In this document: positions 34,906 to 44,661 of the stretch, piece after piece
Layout of the letters: the number at the start of each line of letters is the position of its first letter
Numbering within the stretch: the first letter of the stretch is position 1
Origin: Thermomicrobiales bacterium
GTDB taxonomy: Bacteria; Chloroflexota; Chloroflexia; Thermomicrobiales; CFX8
Direction of reading: 5' to 3'
DNA length: 64,000 nt
Assembly (NCBI GenBank): GCA_023954495.1
Contig: JAMLIA010000006.1
Coordinates: 4,097 to 68,096 of the forward strand
Notes under the pieces: model-generated
What the model was told of the DNA's origin: nothing
The model's input: the letters and a program-made list of their open reading frames with translations, nothing else
Database searches by the model: none
Position numbers and translations under genes: made by a program

Positions 34906-35838
34906 CTACGGCAGCTCGTCGGTGCGGCGTGCGTCGATGACATAGCCACGGATCGTGCTGGCTGTACTCAATCCGCGTGCACACCAGTCGCGGATCTGAT
35001 GTGTTCTGCGCGCCAGACGATCCGATGCCTCACGGTCGTCCCAACCGCCCAGCTCAGCGAGGACGGCTATGTAACGACCAATCTGAAATTCGAGATCGCC
35101 GCGCAGCGACTGGCGGTATGCGATCTGCACGATGCGCGGAGCGTCTGCGTCATTCGGCACGATGCGCTCGATGGTTGAGACGCGTCGAAGCAAACGGCTG
35201 CCCGAGTACCCGACGCTAATGTTCACAACGAGGTCAAGATGAGCGAGGTGCTCGGCCGGAACCTCCAGCGGGTACGACATGAGTTGGGCGAGCGCATCTG
35301 AAGCAGACGAAGCGTGCATCGTCGTCGCGAGAGGGTAGCCATCGAGGACGGCATCAAAGACACGCCGCACACCATGTCCCCAAAGGTAGATCGGCAAATG
35401 CGCACTGATCTCATTGCACAGCAGATACGCATGCGAAGCCGGAGTAGCCGATAGAAACTCAAATCGCTCATACCAGCCACGCAGGAAGATCGGCGCAATG
35501 TCGTTCGGCAGGAAGTCGAGCAGTGCGGTGAGTAGCGTCGTTTTACCTGCGCCGTGCGGTTCGGCGATGACCATAAGCGAGGCTCGCGCTTCGATCGCCA
35601 GCGTGAGGAACGCGGAGCTGACGACATCGAGTGCTTCGCGTTCGATGAGCCAGATGAGTGAGCGCTGGTTGTGTGGCGTCCAGCCTGATCCCCACCAACC
35701 GAACGGCTGTCCGTAGTCGGATGGGCTGGGTGATGCCGCAGATGCAGTTCCAGTGCTGCCGTGAGGCTGCGTCAACTGATCGCTCCTAACGACGCAGATA
35801 GTACGGCATTGGGCTCGTCTCGTCGCAGGACGTGGCAT
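34906..35838 (-). CDS. Orphan VirB11/CpaF/PilT-like secretion-type P-loop ATPase lacking the usual N-terminal domain
   Basis: Walker A reads EPHGAGKTTLLTAL, the Asp-box/Walker B-like segment reads YLLCNEISA, and the His-box reads TTMHASSASDALAQL. The start is uncertain (ATG 35838, 35871 or 35934). The N-terminus is a P/S/T-rich low-complexity stretch. Confidence 0.55.
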   Translation of the reverse strand: MPRPATRRAQCRTICVVRSDQLTQPHGSTGTASAASPSPSDYGQPFGWWGSGWTPHNQRSLIWLIEREALDVVSSAFLTLAIEARASLMVIAEPHGAGKTTLLTALLDFLPNDIAPIFLRGWYERFEFLSATPASHAYLLCNEISAHLPIYLWGHGVRRVFDAVLDGYPLATTMHASSASDALAQLMSYPLEVPAEHLAHLDLVVNISVGYSGSRLLRRVSTIERIVPNDADAPRIVQIAYRQSLRGDLEFQIGRYIAVLAELGGWDDREASDRLARRTHQIRDWCARGLSTASTIRGYVIDARRTDELP

Positions 35839-35921
35839 TTGCCGTGCGGTGGAAACGCCGCGGGGTCGCATTCCAGACTGTGCGCGTGGGTGGATAGTGG
35901 CTGACGGAGGCTCATGCGCAG

Positions 35922-37190
35922 GTGAAATCCACATCGAAACGGATAGTTGTCGTCCTGCTTGTGCTGCAGTGCGTCATGCTAGCTGGCATGCTCCGCCGCG
36001 ATGGCCCATTCGATCATGTCGGCATGGATTTTCTGACCACCTGGGTTGATGCCAGCATGATTCGCGATGGCGATGCTCACCGGCTGTACGACACCCGCGC
36101 CCAGTGGGAATACGAGCTTCCGGTTATCAACCAGTACGACGTGCATTGGAACGACCGCGTCATGCACCCGTATCTGGCTCCGCCACCGCTGGCGATCCTC
36201 GGTATTCCCTTCACCTTGCTGTCACCGATGGCCGCGCTCGCAATCTGGATGAGCCTGGCGATCGGCGCAGTGTTGCTGGCGCTTCGCAAGCTCTGCTCGT
36301 CGTTCGCGATTGAGTGGAGTGACATCGCGCCGCTCGTTCTTGGGTCGATGCCACTGTTCGCGCTGGTCATGCTTGGGCAGGCCGACGGTCTACTCGTGCT
36401 GGCGTTTGTGGTGTTCCTCGCACAGTTGCGACGCGGTCGAGAAGGTCGAGCTGGCCTTGCGCTCGCTGTGCTGGCGATGAAGCCACAGCTCCTGCTAGCG
36501 CCGATCATCTACCTCCTGGTGACCGGTCGGCGTCGGGCTGTCGTGTCGGTTGCTGTGGCAAGCGCTGCCGAAGCCGCGCTGTCGTTTGCCCTGATCGGCT
36601 GGGGTGGATTGCAGGACGCGTTGGCAGTGTCGCGTCGCATGGGTGGCCCAGCCGGCGATGCCGTGATCCACGTCGCCGGCATGCTCAACATTCGCGCTGC
36701 GGTCGCGCGCTCGCTGCCGACCAACATGGAATTCCTCCAGACGGTCGTCATCGTTGTGCTGACCGCGCTCATTCTGGGCGTCACTGCCCGAATCTGGCGA
36801 CGGGGCGATAGTCATGCGGTCACGCCGATCGGAGCGGGGTTGCTCTGCATCGTGACTGTGCTCACGGCGTTTCATGCGCACTACCATAGCGGCGTGCTCG
36901 CGCTGCTTGGTGTCGGGCTGCTCGCAGTTGGCCTTCGGGAACACGGCGAAGCCCAGGCAGCGCAGCGCCTCGTGACGTTGACGCTGATCACCTTCAGCTT
37001 CGTGCCGTTCGTGCTATTTCTAATCAACGAGTCGACACGCCGACCTGCGGCGCTCGGGACGATCGTCCTGCTCGGTATGTGGACCTGGATGGCCTACAGG
37101 CTTTCGCTGCAGGCGCGTCCCGTTGCGAGCCTGACCGTGCTGGCCAGAGAGACATCACCGTCATCGTCACAACCACACTCGGAGGCGTAG
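35922..37190 (+). CDS. Polytopic membrane protein, GT87/DUF2029-like GT-C glycosyltransferase
   Basis: 422-aa ORF with more than 9 TM segments, a conserved early DFLTTW..D.. loop, and an AMKPQLLLAP motif typical of DUF2029 mannosyltransferase-like proteins. This match is from memory. Confidence 0.65.
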   Translation: MKSTSKRIVVVLLVLQCVMLAGMLRRDGPFDHVGMDFLTTWVDASMIRDGDAHRLYDTRAQWEYELPVINQYDVHWNDRVMHPYLAPPPLAILGIPFTLLSPMAALAIWMSLAIGAVLLALRKLCSSFAIEWSDIAPLVLGSMPLFALVMLGQADGLLVLAFVVFLAQLRRGREGRAGLALAVLAMKPQLLLAPIIYLLVTGRRRAVVSVAVASAAEAALSFALIGWGGLQDALAVSRRMGGPAGDAVIHVAGMLNIRAAVARSLPTNMEFLQTVVIVVLTALILGVTARIWRRGDSHAVTPIGAGLLCIVTVLTAFHAHYHSGVLALLGVGLLAVGLREHGEAQAAQRLVTLTLITFSFVPFVLFLINESTRRPAALGTIVLLGMWTWMAYRLSLQARPVASLTVLARETSPSSSQPHSEA

Positions 37191-37191
37191 A

Positions 37192-37476
37192 TCAGGCCGC
37201 TTGCAAATGGGTCTCGTCGAGGGCACCAAGCTCGCGCAGTACGAGCGCGCGGTGCTTGCAGTAGGAGCGGAACTCGCTACCCCGACAGGTGCAGAGCAGA
37301 TCGCTGTCATACACGGTGACCTCGTAGGCGGTCAGCGGTTGACTCTTGCTGGAGACGGCCCAGTACCGTGGGTCGCCGTTGAGGCGGTAGGCCCGCAGAC
37401 CTTCGCGGTCGGCTTTCTCTGCCATCCGTTGCCAGGTGGAGAGCGGGGTCACCGTCTGTATATGCGTCATCATCAT
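37192..37476 (-). CDS. SWIM zinc-finger protein
   Basis: 94-aa ORF with the CxCx(n)CxH pattern (LCTCRGSEFRSYCKHRALV). Confidence 0.7.
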   Translation of the reverse strand: MMMTHIQTVTPLSTWQRMAEKADREGLRAYRLNGDPRYWAVSSKSQPLTAYEVTVYDSDLLCTCRGSEFRSYCKHRALVLRELGALDETHLQAA

Positions 37477-37976
37477 TTACTCCCGCTTTCTCGTCGAACA
37501 ATTCGACCTATTAATTCTACTAATTTGCACCTGTGACGGCCAGTCACTTTCCGCGTCCACATGCGGAAAACAGGACTTTTCCAAAGACGAACGCAGCGAT
37601 TCAGCCTCGCTCTCTCGCCTGACTACATCTCTGCGTCCGCCTATGGAGTTGGCCTGTCACAGCCGAGAATCGTGCCGCTCGACTGACAGATCAGCGCCGT
37701 TTACTCGTCACTCATTCGTCGCAACCAGATGGTCAGTTATGTGCAGTCGTGACGAAGTCAACGCTGTAAAACACATTGACTTCGTTCGCTGCGGGTCATT
37801 TCCTGCCCGTTGCTATACTGAAGAATGACAGGAGCCCGGTATCCGGTCGGAAGAGACTGCTACAAACATGACCGGACCGCGGAACATCTGAATTGCTCGC
37901 GCGACGATTGCGCGGACGATGCTGCTGAGCGATGTGTGCTCAGTGCCGACGACTGGATGGGAGTGGCGGGATCGGT

Positions 37977-39377
37977 ATGGCGCAGGAGCAGAACTCGTAC
38001 GATGTCCTCTTTCTCGGTGGCGGAACCGGTGGGTACGTCGCAGCAATTCGGGCCGCACAGCTGGGAATGCGCGTAGGGGTCATTGAAAAGGACCTCGTCG
38101 GTGGCACATGCGTCCATCGCGGTTGCATCCCGGCGAAGGCGCTGCTGAAGGGCGCATCGGTAGCCAGCACCGTGAAGGAAGCCGCGAAGTACGGTGTGAC
38201 GCCTGGTGAAATCAGCCTGGACTACGCCGTCACGATGGGCAATGCCCGCAAGGTTGTGGATCAGAACTACAAAGGCATCCAGTTCCTCTTCCGCAAGCAC
38301 AAGATCGATACGATCGAGGGCTGGGGCGTCCTGACCTCACCGAACACGATCAAGGTTCAGACCAAGGACGGGTCGTCAACGGAAGTCACCGCCAAGAACA
38401 TCATTATCGACACCGGCTCAACTCCTCGACCAATCAAGGGGCTCGACTGGGACCCGAAGCGTGTCTTCAATAGCGACCACGCGACGACTGAGCCGTACCT
38501 GCCGAAGCGCGTCATTGTTCGTGGCGGCGGGGCGACCGGCCTTGAGTTCGCCAGCACCTACCGCGACTTCGATTGTGAAGTGACCCTTGTTGGTCGAGTC
38601 GCGCCGAACGAGGACGAAGAGGTCCAGAAGGAGCTCACCCGAGCGTTCCAGCGGCGCGGCATTCGCGTTATCCCGAACGTCCGCCCGACGGCCGAAGACT
38701 TCGAGATCAGCGATGATGGCGTGAAGATGCGCTTCACCGCAGACGGCAAGGATGAAGTCATCGAGGCTGACGCGCTGCTGGTTGCGACCGGGCGCTTCGG
38801 CAACTACGAGGGCATCGGCCTGGAAGAGGTCGGCGTCAAGGTTGTCGATGGCTACATTGCGGTTGATGAGTACATGCGCACGAACGTTCCGGGCGTCTTC
38901 GCCATTGGCGATGTCACCGGGAAGCAGCAGCTCGCGCACACCGCCATGCATCAGGGCGTTGTTGCTGTCGAGCTGATCGCCGGCGAGAAGCCGCACGCGC
39001 TCGACTACGGCAAGATCCCCTGGGTGACCTACTGCTCGCCGGAGATCGGATCTGTCGGTCTCACTGAGCAGAAGGCTCGTGACGCAGGCTACAACGTACA
39101 GACCGGCAAGTTCCCGCTCTCGGCCAACGGCAAGGCCCGCATCGAAGGTGACACCGTCGGTTTCGCCAAGCTGGTGGTCGACGCTGACACCGACCAGATC
39201 CTTGGGGTTCACCTGCTGGGCGGTCACGCGACGGAGTCGATCTCCGAGGCCGGGCTGGCGATGATGTTCGAGGCAACTGCCTGGGAGCTGACGATTACCG
39301 TCCATCCGCACCCGACGATTTCCGAAGTCATTCACGAGGCGGCGCTCGACGTCTTCGGGCGGCCCCTGCACATCTAG
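37977..39377 (+). CDS. lpd: Dihydrolipoyl dehydrogenase (E3)
   Basis: FAD motif FLGGGTGGYVAAIRAAQLG, redox-active disulfide GGTCVHRGCIPAK, and the C-terminal HPHPTISE motif. Confidence 0.92.
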   Translation: MAQEQNSYDVLFLGGGTGGYVAAIRAAQLGMRVGVIEKDLVGGTCVHRGCIPAKALLKGASVASTVKEAAKYGVTPGEISLDYAVTMGNARKVVDQNYKGIQFLFRKHKIDTIEGWGVLTSPNTIKVQTKDGSSTEVTAKNIIIDTGSTPRPIKGLDWDPKRVFNSDHATTEPYLPKRVIVRGGGATGLEFASTYRDFDCEVTLVGRVAPNEDEEVQKELTRAFQRRGIRVIPNVRPTAEDFEISDDGVKMRFTADGKDEVIEADALLVATGRFGNYEGIGLEEVGVKVVDGYIAVDEYMRTNVPGVFAIGDVTGKQQLAHTAMHQGVVAVELIAGEKPHALDYGKIPWVTYCSPEIGSVGLTEQKARDAGYNVQTGKFPLSANGKARIEGDTVGFAKLVVDADTDQILGVHLLGGHATESISEAGLAMMFEATAWELTITVHPHPTISEVIHEAALDVFGRPLHI

Positions 39378-39600
39378 TCGAACGGAAGCAGAACTTCGGA
39401 CGGTCGCCCAGCGGCCGTCCGAAACTACAGGTAGTAAGGAGAAGCCGAGCTCAGAGCAACGTTGTCTACGCAAGTGAATAGCCAATTCGTCGCGGTCGTG
39501 GTTCGCGTTATGCGGAAGCAAAGACACGAATCGACAGCGGCGTGCTCACAGGTGAAGATCCAGTCCAACGGCGGGCTGGAACGGCAAAGGAGGCAGCACT

Positions 39601-40635
39601 ATGGCGAGCAACGGCACAGGCAGTGCGGCAACCGTATCCCACGAAGCGGTGGGAGATCTGTCGCACGATGAACTGCGAAGAATGTATGAGACGATGCTGC
39701 TGGCCAGGCAGCTTGATGAGCGCATGTGGTTGCTGAACCGTAGCGGTCGCGCGCCGTTCGTCGTTTCCGTTCAGGGGCACGAGGCCGCGCAGGTCGGCAT
39801 GGCATTCGCCCTCGATCCCAACCGGGACTGGCTTGTCCCCTACTATCGTGACCTTGCACTCGTTCTCCACTTCGGATATTCCGCACGCGACGCAATGCTC
39901 TCGCTCCTTGCCCGGGCCGAAGAGCCGAACTCCGGCGGGCGGCAAATGCCCGGCCACTATGGCTCCCGCGAGAAGCGCTTCTACATTGGATCCAGCGTCG
40001 TTGGCACGCAGTTCCCGCAGGCAGCCGGTTTCGCACTGGCAGCGAAGATGCGCGGCGAAGACACTGTCGTCGTGACCAGCATCGGCGAGGGCGGCACAGC
40101 GCAGGGCGATGTCCACGAGGGACTGAACTGGGCCTCGATCCATAAGCTCGGCGTCATCTTCTTTGTCCAGAACAACCACTATGCCATCTCGGTCCCGATG
40201 GATCGTGAGATGGCTGTGAAGACGGTGGCCGAGCGTGCAGCCGCGTACGGCATCCCGGGTGTGCGCGTCGATGGCGCGGACGCGGTTGAGGTGTATCTGG
40301 CTGCGCGCGAGGCAGTCGCTCGCGCACGTCGCGGCGACGGGCCAACGCTGTTTGAAGCTGTCGTCACCCGCATGACACCCCACTCGTCTGATGACGACGA
40401 CCGACTCTATCGCAGCCGAGAAGAAGTGCAGAGTTACAAGGAACGCGACCCACTGGTCGTGACTCGCCAGCGCCTGGTCGATCTGGACGTCCTTGATGAA
40501 GTGCACGAGAGCGAAATACTGGCGCGGGTGAAAGCCGCTGTCAACGACGCGACCGAGTACGCCGAGCAAGCCCCGCTGCCCGATCCGAGCGAAGCCTTCA
40601 AGCATGTCTATGCCGAGGTCGGGCAGACGGTCTAG
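39601..40635 (+). CDS. 2-oxoacid dehydrogenase E1 component alpha subunit (TPP-dependent; BCKDH or PDH type)
   Basis: 344-aa ORF with a TPP-binding region (SIGEGGTAQGDVHEGLNWA..FFVQNNHYAIS). A AAAGGAGG RBS lies upstream. Confidence 0.9.
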   Translation: MASNGTGSAATVSHEAVGDLSHDELRRMYETMLLARQLDERMWLLNRSGRAPFVVSVQGHEAAQVGMAFALDPNRDWLVPYYRDLALVLHFGYSARDAMLSLLARAEEPNSGGRQMPGHYGSREKRFYIGSSVVGTQFPQAAGFALAAKMRGEDTVVVTSIGEGGTAQGDVHEGLNWASIHKLGVIFFVQNNHYAISVPMDREMAVKTVAERAAAYGIPGVRVDGADAVEVYLAAREAVARARRGDGPTLFEAVVTRMTPHSSDDDDRLYRSREEVQSYKERDPLVVTRQRLVDLDVLDEVHESEILARVKAAVNDATEYAEQAPLPDPSEAFKHVYAEVGQTV

Positions 40636-40739
40636 CGGCTCGCGCGAGCAGCCGATGTCATCGACGCTGTTGTCGACGACGCATCGCCCGCTCGCAGTGC
40701 TCACCAGCGTGCGCAGATGCACGTAGCGCAGGAGGATAC

Positions 40740-41726
40740 GTGGCAACGAAGCTACTGATTGAGGCGATCCGCGAAGGGCTCCATCAGGAGATGGAGCATG
40801 ACGAGCGGGTGATGATTCTCGGTGAGGATGTCGGCAAGCGCGGCGGCGTGTTCCGCGTCACCGACGGGCTGCAGGAGAAGTTCGGCGAGCTGCGAGTACT
40901 CGACTCGCCGCTGTCCGAATCGTCGATTATTGGTGTCGCGATCGGCGCGTCAGCGAACGGGATGCTGCCGGTTGCCGAGATCCAGTTCCTCGACTTCATT
41001 CATCCGGCAATGAACCAGATCATGAGCGAGGCCGCCAAGACGCGCTACCGATCCGGCGGCGATTTTTCGTGCCCGATCGTGATTCGCGCTCCTTATGGTG
41101 GCGGTATCCACGGAGCGCTCTATCACTCACAGTCGATTGAAGCGCTGTTCACGCACATTCCGGGGCTCAAGGTCGTCGCTCCGATTGATCCATACGACGC
41201 CAAGGGGCTGCTGAGCTCTGCGATCCACGATCCCGACCCGGTCATGTTCCTGGAGCACAAGCGCGCCTATCGCGCGATCCGTGGCGACGTGCCGGACGAG
41301 ATGTACACCGTGCCAATCGGCAAGGCCAGGGTCGTGCGCGAGGGCACTGACATGACGATCATCTCCTACGGCTGGTACGTGCAGGAAGTGCTGGAAGCGG
41401 TCGACGCCTATACGCAGCAACAGCAGGCATCAATTGAGGTCATTGACCTGCGCTCGCTCCGTCCGCTCGACAGCGAAACTATCCTGTCGTCGGTCATCAA
41501 GACCGGCAAGGTAATGATCGTGCATGAAGCCAACAAGTTCGGCGGCCTGGGCGGCGAGATTTCAGCGATCATCGCTGAGGAAGCCTTCCCGTATCTGGAC
41601 GGCCCGATCGTACGAATCGCCGGCCCGGAAGTCCCGGCGATGCCGTACGCCGCGCCGCTGGAGAAAGCCTTCCTGACCTCTGCTGACGACATTCGCGCTG
41701 CCATAGATCGCCTGGCGGCTTACTAG
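40740..41726 (+). CDS. 2-oxoacid dehydrogenase E1 component beta subunit
   Basis: 328-aa ORF with a transketolase-like pyrimidine-binding fold (ILGEDVGKRGGVFRVT, DSPLSESSIIG). It starts at GTG. Confidence 0.9.
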   Translation: MATKLLIEAIREGLHQEMEHDERVMILGEDVGKRGGVFRVTDGLQEKFGELRVLDSPLSESSIIGVAIGASANGMLPVAEIQFLDFIHPAMNQIMSEAAKTRYRSGGDFSCPIVIRAPYGGGIHGALYHSQSIEALFTHIPGLKVVAPIDPYDAKGLLSSAIHDPDPVMFLEHKRAYRAIRGDVPDEMYTVPIGKARVVREGTDMTIISYGWYVQEVLEAVDAYTQQQQASIEVIDLRSLRPLDSETILSSVIKTGKVMIVHEANKFGGLGGEISAIIAEEAFPYLDGPIVRIAGPEVPAMPYAAPLEKAFLTSADDIRAAIDRLAAY

Positions 41727-41751
41727 CCACCCGAACGTGAGGAGGACAACG

Positions 41752-43116
41752 ATGTCCAGTACAACGCAGGGAACGACCATCGCCATGCCGAAGCTTGGCG
41801 AGAGCGTTACCGAAGGCACGCTCGGATCGTGGCTGAAGGCGGTCGGCGATGTCGTCGAGAAGTACGAGCCACTGGTTGAGGTTGTGACTGACAAAGTCAC
41901 GGCAGAGATACCCGCTCCGGTGTCAGGAACAATCGTCGCCATTGTCGGCGATGAGGGCGAGACGATCCCCGTCGGAGGCGCGATCTGTGTGATCAACGAG
42001 GGCGGTGATGTCGCAGTCGCCGAAGCGCCGATCACCGAGGTGCTCGGCGACGAGGCTGCGAGCCAGCAGGCCGCAGCGCCGCCCGCAGCATCAGATCGCC
42101 ACGGCGACGAGGAACGCGCGCGCGCTGACCGTGATGAGCAGGAGATGCTGCGCATCCGATCGTCGCCGATCGTGCGCCGCCTCGCAGAGGAGCATGAGAT
42201 CGACCTGGCGTCCATCGCTGGCAGCGGCATCGGCGGGCGCGTGACCAAGTCCGACATCCTCGCCGAGATCGAGCAACGTCGCCATGCTCCGGTTGCTCCG
42301 GCCCAAGCGCAAGTGCCACCGACGGTACCTGCGCAGCAGCCGGCAACGATCCAGCCGCCGATCGCGCCTCCGCCGCTTCATGCTCCGATCCATCCCGCGC
42401 CGCCGGTTGAGATCTGGCCGGGCGATGAGGTGATCGACGCGAGCATCATGCGCCGCCAGATCGCCGAGCACATGTCCAGATCGGTCCAGACAGCGCCGCA
42501 TGTGACCGTCTGGATGGAAGCCGACATGAGCCAGGTCGTCGCGGTTCGCAATCGCTACAAGGACGAGTTTGCTCGCCGCGAGGGCTTCAGTCTCACTTAC
42601 TTCCCGTTCCTGATTCGCGTCGTGACGCAGGCGCTGCGCGACTTCCCGGACGTGAATGCGGTCTGGGACAACGGTCGGATCATTCGGCGCAAGGCGGTGA
42701 ATATCGGCGTTGCGGTCGCGCTCGAAGATGGCTTGATTGTGCCGGTAATTCACGGCGCGGACGAGAAGAACCTCGTTGGCATCGCCCGGTCGGTGCACGA
42801 TCTGGCGGAGCGCGCTCGCACGAACCGGCTGTCGGCCGACGATGTGCGCGGCGGCACGTTCACGCTGAACAACCCCGGCACGCTCGGCTCGCTGTTCTCG
42901 ACGCCGATCATCGTCCAGCCGCAGAGCGCAATCCTGTCGATGGAGGCCGTCGTCAAGCGTGCAGTCGTCATCGATGACGCGATTGCAATTCGCCCAATGA
43001 TGAACTTGTCACTCTCGATCGATCACCGGCTGCTCGACGGCCTGGCCGCGACGCGGTTCCTGGCGGCAGTGAAGACCAGTCTGGAGTCGTATCCGACTGA
43101 CTCTTCGATCTACTGA
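41752..43116 (+). CDS. Dihydrolipoamide acyltransferase (E2)
   Basis: The lipoyl domain reads MPKLGESVTEGTL...VEVVTDKVTAEIPAP. The subunit-binding domain reads SPIVRRLAEEHEIDLASIAGSGIGGRVTKSDI. The catalytic motif is SIDHRLLDG. A GAGGAGG RBS lies upstream. Confidence 0.92.
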   Translation: MSSTTQGTTIAMPKLGESVTEGTLGSWLKAVGDVVEKYEPLVEVVTDKVTAEIPAPVSGTIVAIVGDEGETIPVGGAICVINEGGDVAVAEAPITEVLGDEAASQQAAAPPAASDRHGDEERARADRDEQEMLRIRSSPIVRRLAEEHEIDLASIAGSGIGGRVTKSDILAEIEQRRHAPVAPAQAQVPPTVPAQQPATIQPPIAPPPLHAPIHPAPPVEIWPGDEVIDASIMRRQIAEHMSRSVQTAPHVTVWMEADMSQVVAVRNRYKDEFARREGFSLTYFPFLIRVVTQALRDFPDVNAVWDNGRIIRRKAVNIGVAVALEDGLIVPVIHGADEKNLVGIARSVHDLAERARTNRLSADDVRGGTFTLNNPGTLGSLFSTPIIVQPQSAILSMEAVVKRAVVIDDAIAIRPMMNLSLSIDHRLLDGLAATRFLAAVKTSLESYPTDSSIY

Positions 43117-43125
43117 TTCTGCTAG

Positions 43126-43899
43126 TCAACCTCGGACGAAGCCGCCTTCCGAGTGAATGATCTGCCCGGTAATCCAGCCCGCCTCGTCGCTGACAAGAAA
43201 CGCGACGAGGCGGGCGCAATCTTCCGGCGTGCCGAGTCGACCCATCGGCGCGTGCTTCAGCAAGCTCGCGCGCAAGTCGTCAGAGATCCAGCCAGTCTCA
43301 GTCGGGCCGGGGTTGACGGCGTTGATCGTGATGCCGCGTTCCGCTAGTGGCGGGGCGAGCGACACGGTCAAGGCTTCAATCGCGCCCTTCGTCGCGGCGT
43401 AGGCGAGCTCGGTCGGCATCGGGCCAAGCGATTGCCCCGAGGTCAGATTCACGATCCTGCCCGGACGACCTGTTGGGTGGCGGCGGGCCATCTCGACGCA
43501 CAGCATCGTTGTCGCGCGCACGTTGACAGCGTAGTGCGCATCGAGATCCGCGCTCGTCAACGACAGCAGGTCAGTCTGATGCGAGACGGTCGCGTTGTTG
43601 ACGAGGATCGTCGGCTGGCCGAGTTCCCGCTCGGCTGCCTCCAGAAGCCGCTGCGCGGCGTCCGGCTGGGAAAGGTCGATCTCTGTGGCGGCGCAGCGTA
43701 CGCCGAGGTTGGACACCTCATCAATCAGGACGCGCGGCATGTCCTGATCGACACCCCAGTCCATCGACGCATCGTACGGTCGCCAATAGGTCAGCATGAT
43801 GTCGATGCCGTTCCGCGCGAAGGCACGACAGATCGCAGCGCCAATACCAGCGCGACGACCCACTCCGGTGACAATCGCGATCGGGGCGCAGTCGCTCAT
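43126..43899 (-). CDS. SDR-family oxidoreductase (3-oxoacyl-ACP reductase-like)
   Basis: Motifs: TGVGRRAGIGAAI, NNA, and YAATKGA (the YxxxK motif). ATG 43899 lies behind an AGGGAG RBS. The longer ORF reaching 44073 is an upstream extension. Confidence 0.85.
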   Translation of the reverse strand: MSDCAPIAIVTGVGRRAGIGAAICRAFARNGIDIMLTYWRPYDASMDWGVDQDMPRVLIDEVSNLGVRCAATEIDLSQPDAAQRLLEAAERELGQPTILVNNATVSHQTDLLSLTSADLDAHYAVNVRATTMLCVEMARRHPTGRPGRIVNLTSGQSLGPMPTELAYAATKGAIEALTVSLAPPLAERGITINAVNPGPTETGWISDDLRASLLKHAPMGRLGTPEDCARLVAFLVSDEAGWITGQIIHSEGGFVRG

Positions 43900-44064
43900 C
43901 ACATTTCTCCCTTGCCGTTGGGCAATCACAGACAATGCCGATGTGTTGTGTCCAGCGTGGCGTCTGTCTTGCGACGTCGATATCGCAACGTCGGGCGTGT
44001 CACGGTTTGCGTACCACCATTGCCCTGGCGGTAGACGTGTGACGATGCTGAAGGACGGACATAG

Positions 44065-44649
44065 ATGATGCATTCTCAGCCGCGAGCTTCCGAAATGAGC
44101 TCTCGCGAGGTCAGACGGAAATCAGATCATCACGCTGGCAGCGTACCAGCCCGGCGGAGTATCCACGCGAACCTGTCGTACCTGCCGGCAGTTGGACTTC
44201 TCCTCGCGTTGATCGGCGATGTTCTCTACTTTGTGAGCGGAGCCCAGGCTTGGATCGTGTGCTCGAATATCCTCATCGGCCTGAGTCTCGTCGCCAGCGT
44301 CCCGGTGGCAATGCTCGGCGTCGTCGCGCACCGAGCAGTTGAACGCGAGCCTCAGTCACACCGCCTGGCAACCGTACACGGGATCGTCAGTGTGGTTGCG
44401 CTGGTGATTGTTTCAGCTGGGTGGGCGATCCGACTCGGAGCAGAGCCGACTATCGGCTCGACGCTGTTAATCTGGTCCGGCGTTGGAGTCATGTTGGTTA
44501 CGTGTCTCGTGGGTGGCGAGATTCCGACTGGGATTGCGCGCCCTGACGTGACGTCTGGCCTCAGTGAGGAGCGCGAATCACTTGGTGAGGTCACATGCAT
44601 TCAGTCGGTGACCAGCCAGGCGAACGAACGGACTGCCGCAAACGCCTAG
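44065..44649 (+). CDS. Hypothetical membrane protein (about 4 TM helices)
   Basis: 194-aa ORF with four hydrophobic segments. The start is uncertain. Confidence 0.45.
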   Translation: MMHSQPRASEMSSREVRRKSDHHAGSVPARRSIHANLSYLPAVGLLLALIGDVLYFVSGAQAWIVCSNILIGLSLVASVPVAMLGVVAHRAVEREPQSHRLATVHGIVSVVALVIVSAGWAIRLGAEPTIGSTLLIWSGVGVMLVTCLVGGEIPTGIARPDVTSGLSEERESLGEVTCIQSVTSQANERTAANA

Positions 44650-44661
44650 CGCCCGACGAAG

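Noticed and set aside
39395-39423. Hairpin ttcggacgg-N11-ccgtccgaa just after lpd, considered as an internal operon terminator
   Set aside because: No U-tract follows, and the E1 and E2 genes continue downstream on the same strand. It is at most an attenuating or processing structure, and the evidence is too weak to annotate it.
38418-40746. Two long minus-strand ORFs (369 and 412 aa)
   Set aside because: They are antisense to lpd and the E1-alpha gene, both of which carry unambiguous cofactor motifs. They have R/D/G-rich shadow composition.
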